Source of the DNA: Eledone cirrhosa
Taxonomy: Eukaryota
DNA length: 64,000 nt
Assembly (NCBI GenBank): GCA_964016885.1
Contig: OZ024744.1
Span: forward strand, 13,764,001 to 13,828,000
Direction of reading: 5' to 3'
Positions 1 through 11,700 of this stretch are shown here, piece after piece; within the stretch, counting starts at the first letter, position 1, and each line of letters begins with the position of its first letter. The position numbers were made by a program, and so were the translations under genes. The notes beneath the pieces were generated by a model that did no database searches, was not told where the DNA came from, and saw only the letters and a program-made list of their open reading frames with translations.

Positions 1-3000
1 TGAATGTCTCAGTAGATCAGAGAGTCACTCAACATAAAGCCACTCTCTAAATTGAGAGATCACAACTCCAATACAATGGACATGTGGTTAGAATGTCTCA
101 GTAGATCAGAGTGTCACTCCAGTTAAAGCTACTCTCTAAATTGAGAGATCACAACTCCCATACTATGGACATGTGGTTAGAATGTCTCAGTAGATTAGAG
201 TGTCATTCCAGTTAAAGCTACTCTCTAAATTGAGAGATCACAACTCCTATACTATGGACATGGGGTTAGAATGTCTCAGTAGATCAGAGTGTCACTCCAG
301 TTAAAGCCACTCTCTAAATTGAGAGATCACAACTCCCAAACTATGGACATGTCGTTAGAATGTCTCAGTAGATCAGAGAGTCACTCCAGTTAAAGCCACT
401 CTCTAAATAGAGAGATCACAACTCCAATTCTATGGACATGTGGTTAGAATGTCTCAGTAGATCAGAGAGTCATTCCAGTTAAAGCCACTCTCTAAATTGA
501 GAGATCACAACTCCCGTACTATGGACGTGTGGTTAGAATGTCTCAGTAGATCAGAGAATCACTCCAGTTAAAGCTACTCTCTAAATTGAGAGATCACATC
601 TCCCATACTATGGACATGTGGTTAGAATGTCTCAGTAGATCAGAGAGTCACTCTTTTTAAAGCTACTCTCTAAATTGAGAGATCACAACTCCTATACTAT
701 GGACATGGGGTTAGAATGTCTCAGTAGATCAGAGTGTCACTCCAGTTAAAGCCACTCTCTAAATTGAGAGATCACAACTCCCAAACTCTGGACATGTCGT
801 TAGAATATCTCAGTAGATCAGAGAGTCACTCCAGTTAAAGTCACTCTCTAAATTGAGAGATCACAACTCCCATACTATGGACATGTGGGTAAAATGTCTC
901 AGTAGATCAGAGAGTCACTCCAGTTAAAGCCACTAATTCTCTAAATTGAGAGATCACAACTCCAATACTATGGACATATGGTTAGAATGTCTCAGTAGAT
1001 CAGAGTGTCACTCCAGTTAAAGCTACTCTCTAAATTGAGAGATTACAACTCCAATACTATGGACATGGGGTTTGAATGTCTCAGTAGATCAGAGAGTCAC
1101 TCCAGTTAAAGCAACTCTCTAAATTGAGAGATCACAACTCCCATACTATGGACATGTGGTTAGAATGTCTCAGTAGATCAGAGAGTCATTCCAGTTAAAG
1201 CCACACTCTAAATTGAGAGATCACAACTCCCATACTATGGACGTGTGGTTAGAATGTCTCAGTAGATCAGAGAATCACTCCAGTTAAAGCTACTCTCTAA
1301 ATTGAGAGATCACAACTCCCATACTATGGACATGTGATTAGAATGTCTCAGTAGATCAGAGAGTCACTCCAGTTAAAGCTACTCTCTAAATTGAGAGATC
1401 ACAACTTCCATACTATGGACATGTGGTTAGAATGTCTCAGTAGATCAGAGAGTCACTCCAGTTAAAGCCACTCTCTAAATTGAAAGATCACAACTCCCAT
1501 ACTATGGACATGTGGTTAGAATGTCTCAGTAGATCAGAAAGTCACTCCAGTTAAAGCTACACTCTAAATTGAGAAATCACAACTCCCATTCTATGGACAT
1601 GTGGTTAGAATGTCTCAGTAGATCAGAGAGTCACTCCAGTTAAAGCCACTCTCTAAATTGAAAGATCACAACTCCAATACTATGGACATGGGGTTTGAAA
1701 GCCTCAGTAGATCAGAGAGTCACTCAACATAAAGCCACTCTCTAAATTTAGAGATCACAACTCCAATACAATGGACATGTGGTTAGAATGTCTCAGTAGA
1801 TCAGAGCGTCACTCCAGTTAAAGCTACTCTCTAAATTGAGAGATCACAACTCCCATACTATGGACATGTGGTTAGAATGTCTCAGTAGATTAGAGTGTCA
1901 TTCCAGTTAAAGCTACTCTCTAAATTGAGAGATCACAACTCCCATACTATGGACATGTGGGTAGAATGTCTCAGTAGATCAGAGAGTCACTCCAGTTAAA
2001 GCTACTCTCTAAATTGAGAGATCACAACTCCTATAATATGGACATGGGGTTAGAATGTCTCAGTAGATCAGAGTGTCATTCCAGTTAAAGCCACACTCTA
2101 AATTGAGAGATCACAACTCCCATACTATGGACGTGTGGTTAGAATGTCTCAGTAGATTAGAGTGTCATTCCAGTTAAAGCTACTCTCTAAATTGAGAGAT
2201 CACAACTCCCATACTATGGACATGTGGGTAGAATGTCTCAGTAGATCAGAGAGTCACTCCAGTTAAAGCTACTCTCTAAATTGAGAGATCACAACTCCCA
2301 TACTATGGACATGTGGTTAGAATGTCTCAGTAGATCAGAGAGTCATTCCAGTTAAAGCCACACTCTAAATTGAGAGATCACAACTCCCATACTATGGACG
2401 TGTGGTTAGAATGTCTCAGTAGATCAGAGAATCACTCCAGTTAAAGCTACTCTCTAAATTGAGAGATCACAACTCCCATACTATGGACATGTGATTAGAA
2501 TGTCTCAGTAGATCAGAGAGTCACTCCAGTTAAAGCTACTCTCTAAATTGAGAGATCACAACTCCCATACTATGGACATGTGGTTAGAATGTCTCAGTAG
2601 ATCAGAGAGTCACTCCAGTTAAAGCCACTCTCTAAATTGAGAAATCACAACTCCCATTCTATGGACATGTGGTTAGAATGTCTCAGTAGATCAGAGAGTC
2701 ACTCCAGTTAAAGCCACTCTCTAAATTGAGAGATCACAACTCCAATACTATGGACATGGGGTTTGAAAGCCTCAGTAGATTAGAGTGTCACTCCAGTTAA
2801 AGCTACTCTCTAAATTGAGAGATCACAACTCCAATACTATGGACATGGGGTTTGAATGTCTCAGTAGATCAGAGAGTCACTCAACATAAAGCCACTCTCT
2901 AAATTGAGAGATCACAACTCCAATACAATGGACATGTGGTTAGAATGTCTCAGTAGATCAGAGAATCACTCCAGTTAAAGCTACTCTCTAAATTGAGAGA

Positions 3001-4700
3001 TCACAACTCCCATACTATGGACATGTGGTTAGAATGTCTCAGTAGATCAGAAAGTCACTCCAGTTAATGCTACACTCTAAATTGAGAGATCACAGCTCCT
3101 ATACTATGGACATGGGGTTAGAATGTCTCAGTAGATCAGAGTGTCACTCCAGTTAAAGCCACTCTCTAAATTGAGAAATCACAACTCCCATTCTATGGAC
3201 ATGTGGTTAGAATGTCTCAGTAGATCAGAGAGTCACTCCAGTTAAAGCCACTCTCTAAATTGAGAGATCACAACTCCAATACTATGGACATGGGGTTTGA
3301 AAGCCTCAGTAGATCAGAGTGTCACTCCAGTTAAAGCTACTCTCTAAATTGAGAGATCACAACTCCAATACTATGGACATGGGGTTTGAATGTCTCAGTA
3401 GATCAGAGAGTCACTCAACATAAAGCCACTCTCTAAATTGAGAGATCACAACTCCAATACAATGGACATGTGGTTAGAATGTCTCAGTAGATCAGAGTGT
3501 CACTCCAGTTAAAGCTACTCTCTAAATTGAGAGATCACAACTCCCATACTATGGACATGTGGTTAGAATGTCTCAGTAGATTAGAGTGTCATTCCAGTTA
3601 AAGCTACTCTCTAAATTGAGAGATCACAACTCCTATACTACGGACATGGGGTTAGAATGTCTCAGTAGATCAGAGTGTCACTCCAGTTAAAGCCACTCTC
3701 TAAATTGAGAGATCACAACTCCCAAACTATGGACATGTCGTTAGAATGTCTCAGTAGATCAGAGAGTCACTCCAGTTAAAGCCACTCTCTAAATAGAGAG
3801 ATCACAACTCCAATTCTATGGACATGTGGTTAGAATGTCTCAGTAGATCAGAGAGTCATTCCAGTTAAAGCCACTCTCTAAATTGAGAGATCACAACTCC
3901 CGTACTATGGACGTGTGGTTAGAATGTCTCAGTAGATCAGAGAATCACTCCAGTTAAAGCTACTCTCTAAATTGAGAGATCACATCTCCCATACTATGGA
4001 CATGTGGTTAGAATGTCTCAGTAGATCAGAGAGTCACTCTTTTTAAAGCTACTCTCTAAATTGAGAGATCACAACTCCTATACTATGGACATGGGGTTAG
4101 AATGTCTCAGTAGATCAGAGTGTCACTCCAGTTAAAGCCACTCTCTAAATTGAGAGATCACAACTCCCAAACTCTGGACATGTCGTTAGAATATCTCAGT
4201 AGATCAGAGAGTCATTCCAGTTAAAGCCACACTCTAAATTGAGAGATCACAACTCCCATACTATGGACGTGTGGTTAGAATGTCTCAGTAGATCAGAGAA
4301 TCACTCCAGTTAAAGCTACTCTCTAAATTGAGAGATCACAACTCCCATACTATGGACATGTGATTAGAATGTCTCAGTAGATCAGAGAGTCACTCCAGTT
4401 AAAGCTACTCTCTAAATTGAGAGATCACAACTTCCATACTATGGACATGTGGTTAGAATGTCTCAGTAGATCAGAGAGTCACTCCAGTTAAAGCCACTCT
4501 CTAAATTGAAAGATCACAACTCCCATACTATGGACATGTGGTTAGAATGTCTCAGTAGATCAGAAAGTCACTCCAGTTAAAGCTACACTCTAAATTGAGA
4601 AATCACAACTCCCATTCTATGGACATGTGGTTAGAATGTCTCAGTAGATCAGAGAGTCACTCCAGTTAAAGCCACTCTCTAAATTGAGAGATCACAACTC
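1..4700 (+). repeat. Higher-order duplication: 1-~815 recurs at 3387-~4200 (offset 3386 = 38 monomers + 4), then continues at offset 3026 (34 monomers)
   Basis: Rare markers recur at the same offset: CTCAACATAAAG, CTCTTTTTAAAG (651 and 4037) and GAATATCTC. After ~4200 the match continues with four monomers (360 bp) skipped. Confidence 0.85.
180..268 (+). repeat. Example 89-bp monomer carrying the quasi-palindromes TCTCTAAATTGAGAGA and ATCACA..TCC-N-ATA-C-TAT-GGA
   Basis: Read directly from the sequence, with inverted repeats checked by hand. The third consensus element GAG(A/T)G-T-CACTC is perfect in the preceding monomer at 109-119. Confidence 0.9.
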
Positions 4701-7700
4701 CCATACTATGGACATGTGGTTAGAATGTCTCAGTAGATTAGAGTGTCATTCCAGTTAAAGCTACTCTCTAAATTGAGAGATCACAACTCCCATACTATGG
4801 ACATGTGGGTAGAATGTCTCAGTAGATCAGAGAGTCACTCCAGTTAAAGGTACTCTCTAAATTGAGAGATCACAACTCCTATACTATGGACATGGGGTTA
4901 GAATGTCTCAGTAGATCAGAGAGTCACTCCAGTTAAAGCTACTCTCTAAATTGAGAGATCACAACTCCTATACTATGGACATGGGGTTTGAAAGCCTCAG
5001 TAGATCAGAGAGTCACTCAACATAAAGCCACTCTCTAAATTTAGAGATCACAACTCCAATACAATGGACATGTGGTTAGAATGTCTCAGTAGATCAGAGC
5101 GTCACTCCAGTTAAAGCTACTCTCTAAATTGAGAGATCACAACTCCCATACTATGGACATGTGGTTAGAATGTCTCAGTAGATTAGAGTGTCATTCCAGT
5201 TAAAGCTACTCTCTAAATTGAGAGATCACAACTCCCATACTATGGACATGTGGGTAGAATGTCTCAGTAGATCAGAGAGTCACTCCAGTTAAAGCTACTC
5301 TCTAAATTGAGAGATCACAACTCCTATACTATGGACATGGGGTTAGAATGTCTCAGTAGATCAGAGTGTCACTCCAGTTAAAGCCACTCTCTAAATTGAG
5401 AGATCACAACTCCCATACTATGGACATGTGGTTAGAATGTCTCAGTAGATCAGAGAGTCTCTCCAGTAAAAGCTACTCTCTAAATTGAGAGATCACAACT
5501 CCAATACTATGGACATGAGGTTAGAATGTCTCAGTTGATCAGAGAGTAATTCCAGTTAAAGCCACTCTCTAAATTGAGAGATCACAACTCCCGTACTATG
5601 GACGTGTGGTTAGAATGTCTCAGTAGATCAGAGAATCACTCCAGTTAAAGCTTCTCTCTAAATTGAGAGATCACATCTCCCATACTATGGACATGTGGTT
5701 AGAATGTCTCAGTAGATCAGAGAGTCACTCTTGTTAAAGCTACTCCCTAAATTGAGAGATCACAACTCCTATACTATGGACATGGGGTTTGAAAGTCTCA
5801 GTAGATCAGAGTGTCACTCCAGTTAAAGCTACTCTCTAAATTGAGAGTTTAAAACTCCAATACTATGGACATGTGGTTAGAATGTCTCAGTAGATCAGAG
5901 AGTCACTCCAGTTAAAGCTACTCTCTAAATTGTGAGATCACAACTTCCATACTATGGACATGTGGTTAGAATGTCTCAGTAGATCAGAGAGTCACTCTTG
6001 TTAAAGCTACTCTCTAAATTGAGAGATCACAACTCCTATTCTATGGACATGGGGTTTGAAAGTCTCAGTAGATCAGAGTGTCACTACAGTTAATGCTACT
6101 CTCTAAATTGAGAGATCACAACTCCCATACTATGGACATGTGATTAGAATGTCTCAGTAGATCAGAGAGTCACTCCAGTTAAAGCTACTCTCTAAATTGA
6201 GAGATCACAACTTCCATACTATGGACATGTGTTTAGAATGTCTCAGTAGATCAGAGAGTCACTCCAGTTAAAGCCACTCTCTAAAATGAAAGATCACAAC
6301 TCCCATACTATGGACATGTGGTTAGAATGTCTCAGTAGATCAGAAAGTCACTCCAGTTAAAGCTACACTCTAAATTGAGAGATCACAGCTCCTATAATAT
6401 GGACATGCGGTTAGAATGTCTCAGTAGATCAGAGAGTCACTCCAGTTAAAGCCACTCTCTAAATTGAGAGATCACAACTCCAATACTATGGACATGGGGT
6501 TTGAAAGTCTCAGTAGATTAGAGTGTCACTCCAGTTAAAGCTACTCTCTAAATTGAGAGATCACAACTCCAATACTATGGACATGTGGTTTGAATGTCTC
6601 AGTAGATCAGAGAGTCACTCAACATAAAGCCACTCTCTAAATTGAGAGATCACAACTCCAATACAATGGACATGTGGTTAGAATGTCTCAGTAGATCAGA
6701 GCGTCACTCCAGTTAAAGCTACTCTCTAAATTGAGAGATCACAACTCCCATACTATGGACATGTGGTTAGAATGTCTCAGTAGATTAGAGTGTCATTCCA
6801 GTTAAAGCTACTCTCTAAATTGAGAGATCACAACTCCTATACTATGGACATGGGGTTTGAAAGTCTCAGTAGATCAGAGTGTCACTCCAGTTAAAGCTAC
6901 TCTCTAAATTGAGAGTTTAAAACTCCAATACTATGGACATGTGGTTAGAATGTCTCTGTAGATTAGAGAGTCACTCCATTTAAAGCCACTCTCTAAATTG
7001 AGAGATCACAATTCCAATACTATGGACATGTGATTACAATGTCTCAGTAGATTAGAGAGTCACTCCAGTTAAAGCCACTCTCTAAATTGAGAGATCACAA
7101 CTCCAATACTATGGACATGTGGTTAGAAAGTCTCAGTAGATCAGAGTGTCACTCCAGTTAAAGCCACTCTCTAAATTGAGAGATCATAACTTCCATACTA
7201 TGGACATGTGGTTAGAATGTCTCAGTAGATCAGAGAGTCACTCCAGTTAAAGCCACTCACTAAATTGAGAGATCACAACTCGAATACTATGGACATGGGG
7301 TTTGAACGTCTCAGTACATCAGAGTGTCACTCCAGTTAAAGTTACTCTCTAAATTGAGAGATCACAACTCCAATACTATGGACATGGGGTTTGAATGTCT
7401 CAGTAGATCAGAGAGTCACTCCAGTTAAAGCCACTCTCTAAATTGAGAGATCACAACTCCAATACTATGGACATGTGGTTAGAATGTCTCAGTAGATCAG
7501 AGTGTCACTCCAGTTAAAGCTACTCTCTAAATTGGGAGATTACAACTCCAATACTATGGACATGGGGTTTGAATGTCTCAGTAGATCAGAGAGTCACTCC
7601 AGTTAAAGCTACTCTCTAAATTGAGAGATCACAACTCCCATACTATGGACATGTTGTTAGAATGTCTCAGTAGATCAGAGAGTCATTCCAGTTAAAGCCA

Positions 7701-8739
7701 CTCTCTAAATTGAGAGATCACAACTCCCATACTATGGACGTGTGGTTAGAATGTCTCAGTAGATCAGAGAATCACTCCAGTTAAAGCTACTCTCTAAATT
7801 GAGAGATCACAACTCCCTAACTATGGACATGTGGTTAGAATGTCTCAGTAGATCAGAGAGTCACTCCAGTTAAAGCCACTCTGTAAATTGAGAGATCACA
7901 ACTCCCATACTCTGGACGTGTGGTTAGAATGTCTCAGTACATCAGAGAATCACTCCAGTTAAAACTACTCTCTAAATTGAGAGATCACAACTCCCATACT
8001 ATGGACATGTGGTTAGAATGTCTCAGTAGATCAGAAAGTCACTCCAGTTAAAGCTACACTCTAAATTGAGAGATCACAGCTCCTATACTATGGACATGGG
8101 GTTAGAATGTCTCAGTAGATCAGAGTGTCACTCCAGTTAAAGCCACTCTCTAAATTGAGAAATCACAACTCCCATTATATGGACATGTGGTTAGAATGTC
8201 TCAGTAGATCAGAGAGTCACTCCAGTTAAAGCCACTCTCTAAATTGAGAGATCACAACTCCAATACTATGGACATGGGGTTTGAAAGTCTCAGTAGATTA
8301 GAGTGTCACTCCAGTTAAAGCTACTCTCTAAATTGAGAGATCACAACTCCCATACTATGGACATGTGGTTAGAATGTCTCAGTAGATTAGAGTGTCATTC
8401 CAGTTAAAGCTACTCACTAAATTGAGAGATCACAACTCCCATACTATGGACATGTGGGTAGAATGTCTCAGTAGATCAGAGAGTCACTCCAGTTAAAGCT
8501 ACTCTCTAAATTGAGAGATCACAACTCCTATACTATGGACATGGGGTTAGAATGTCTCAGTAGATCAGAGTGTCACTCCAGTTAAAGCCACTCTCTAAAT
8601 TGAGAGATCACAACTCCCATACTATGGACATGTGGTTAGAATGTCTCAGTAGATCAGAGAGTCTCTCCAGTAAAAGCTACTCTGTAAATTGAGAGATCAC
8701 AACTCCAATACTATGGACATGTGGTTAGAATGTCTCAGT

Positions 8740-11700
8740 AGATCAGAGAGTAATTCCAGTTAAAGCCACTCTCTAAATTGAGAGATCACAACTCCCATAC
8801 TATGGACGTGTGGTTAGAATGTCTCAGTAGATCAGAGAATCACTCCAGTTAAAGCTACTCTCTAAATTGAGAGATCACAACTCCCTAACTATGGACATGT
8901 GGTTAGAATGTCTCAGTAGATCAGAGAGTCACTCCAGTTAAAGCCACTCTGTAAATTGAGAGATCACAACTCCCATATTCTGGACGTGTGGTTAGAACGT
9001 CTCAGTACATCAGAGAATCATTCCAGTTAAAACTACTCTCTAAATTGAGAGATCACAACTTCCATACTATGGACATGTGGTTAGAATGTCTCAGTAGATC
9101 AGAAAGTCACTCCAGTTAAAGCTACACTCTAAATTGTGAGATCACAGCTCCTATACTATGGACATGGGGTTAGAATGTCTCAGTAGATCAGAGTGTCACT
9201 CCAGTTAAAGCCACTCTCTAAATTGAGAAATCACAACTCCCATTATATGGACATGTGGTTAGAATGTCTCAGTAGATCAGAGAGTCACTCCAGTTAAAGC
9301 CACTCTCTAAATTGAGAGATCACAACTCCAATACTATGGACATGGGGTTTGAAAGTCTCAGTAGATTAGAGTGTCACTCCAGTTAAAGCTACTCTCTAAA
9401 TTGAGAGATCACAACTCCCATACTATGGACATTAGGTTTGAATGTCTCAGTAGATTAGAGTGTCATTCCAGTTTAAGCTACTCTCTAAATTGAAAGATCA
9501 CAACTCCCATACTATGGACATGTGGGTAGAATGTCTCAGTAGATCAGAGAGTCACTCCAGTTAAAGCTACTCTCTAAATTGAGAGATCACAACTCCTATA
9601 CTATGGACATGGGGTTAGAATGTCTCAGTAGATCAGAGTGTCACTCCAGTTAAAGCCACTCTCTAAATTGAGAGATCACAAATCCCATACTATGGACATG
9701 TGGTTAGAATGTCTCAGTAGATCAGAGAGTCTCTCCAGTAAAAGCTACTCTCTAAATTGAGAGATCACAACTCCAATACTATGGACATGTGGTTAGAATG
9801 TCTCAGTAGATCAGAGAGTAATTCCAGTTAAAGCTACTCTTTAAATTGAGAGATCACAACTCCAATACTATGGACATGGGGTTTGAATGTCTCAGTAGAT
9901 CAGAGAGTCGCTGAAGTTAAAGCCACTCTCTAAATTGAGAGATCACAACTCCCATACTATGGACATGTGGGTAGAATGTCTCAGTAGATCAGAGAGTCAC
10001 TCCAGTTAAAGCCACTAATTCTCTAAATTGAGAGATCACAACTTCCATACTATGGACATGTGGTTAGAATGTCTCAGTAGATCAGAGAGTCACTCTTGTT
10101 AAAGCTACTCTCTAAATTGAGAGATCACAACTCCTATACTATGGACATGGGGTTAGAATGTCTCAGTAGATCAGAGTTCACTCCAGTTAAAGCCACTCTC
10201 TAAATTGAAAGATCACAACTCCCATACTATGGACATGTGGTTAGAATGTCTTAGTAGATCAGAGAGTCACTCCAGTTAAAGCTACTCTCTAAATTGAGAG
10301 ATCACAACTCCCATACTATGTACATGTGGTTAGAATGTCTCAGTAGATCAGAGAGTCACTCCAGTTAAAGCTACTCTCGAAATTGAGAGATCACAACTCC
10401 CAAACTATTGACATGTGGGTAGAATGTCTCAGTAGATCAGAGAGTCACTCCAGTTAAAGCCGCTAATTCTCTAAATTGAGAGATCACAACTCCCATACTA
10501 TGGACATGTGGTTAGAATGTCTCAGTAGATCAGAGAGTCACTCCAGTTAAAGCTACTCTCTAAATTGAGAGATCACAACTCCAATACTATGGACATGGGG
10601 TTTGAAAGTCTTAGTAGATCATAGAGTTACTCTAGTTAAAGCTACTCTCTAAATTAAGAGATCACAACTCCCATACTATGGACATGTGGTTAGAATGTCT
10701 CAGTAGATCAGAGAGTCACTCCAGTTAAAGCCACTCTCTAAATTGAGAGATCACAACTCCCATACTATGGACATGTGGTTAGAATGTCTCAATAGATCAG
10801 AGAGTCACTCCAGTTAAAGCTACTCTCGAAATTGAGAGATCACAACTCCCATACTATTGACATGTGGGTAGAATATCTCAGTAGATCAGAGAGTCACTCC
10901 AGTTAAAGCCGCTAATTCTCTAAATTGAGAGATCACAACTCCCATACTATGGACATGTGGTTAGAATGTCTCAGTAGATCAGAGAGTCACTCCAGTTAAA
11001 GCTACTCTCTAAATTGAGAGATCACAACTCCAATACTATGGACATGGGGTTTGAAAGTCTCAGTAGATCAGAGTTTCACTCCAGTTAAAGCTACTCTCTA
11101 AATTGAGAGATTACAACTCCAATACTATGGACATGGGGTTTGAAAGTCTCAGTAGATCAGAGTGTCACTCCAGTTAAAGCTACTCTCTAAATTGAGAGTT
11201 TAAAACTCCAATACTATGGACATGTGGTTAGAATGTCTCAGTAGATTAGAGAGTCACTCCAGTTAAAGCCACTCTCTAAATTGAGAGATCACAACTCCAA
11301 TACTATGGACATGTGATTAGAATGTGTCAGTAGATTAGAGAGTCACTCCAGTTAAAGCCACTCTCTAAATTGAGAGATCACAACTCCAATACTATGGACA
11401 TGTGGTTAGAAAGTCTCAGTAGATCAGAGTGTCACTCCAGTTAAAGCTAATCTCTAAATTGAGAGATCACAACTCCAATACTATGGAGATGGGGTTTGAA
11501 TGTCTCAGTAGATGAGAGTGTCACTCCAGTTAAAGCTACTCTCTAAATTGAGATATCACAACTCCAATACTATGGACATGTGGTTTGAATGTCTCAGTAG
11601 ATCAGAGAGTCACTTCAGTTAAAGCTACTCTCTAAATTGAGAGATCACAACTCCAATACTATGGACATGGGGTTTGAAAGTCTCAGTAGATCAGAGTGTC

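Noticed and set aside
28-39. CTCAACATAAAG as a micro-inversion of the CTCTTGTTAAAG variant
   Set aside because: An inversion would give AACAA rather than AACAT, and the tract is too short to separate from clustered substitutions.
167-178. Transcription-factor motifs: RUNX-like TGTGGTT, partial p53 half-site GGACATGT, CCAAT, and AP-1 TGA(C/G)TCA in rare variants
   Set aside because: Short motifs are expected by chance, the host taxon is unknown, and common variants freely destroy them.
91-179. Satellite-encoded hammerhead ribozyme, as in newt, schistosome and cave-cricket satellites
   Set aside because: Three hairpins are present, but the CUGANGA core is absent on both strands of the consensus. 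The minus strand has only CTGATCT and CTGAGAC, and there is no conserved GAAA.
260-270. Telomere-like GGGTTAG or G-quadruplex potential
   Set aside because: There is only a single short G-run per variant monomer, at least 89 bp apart, and no tandem telomeric units.
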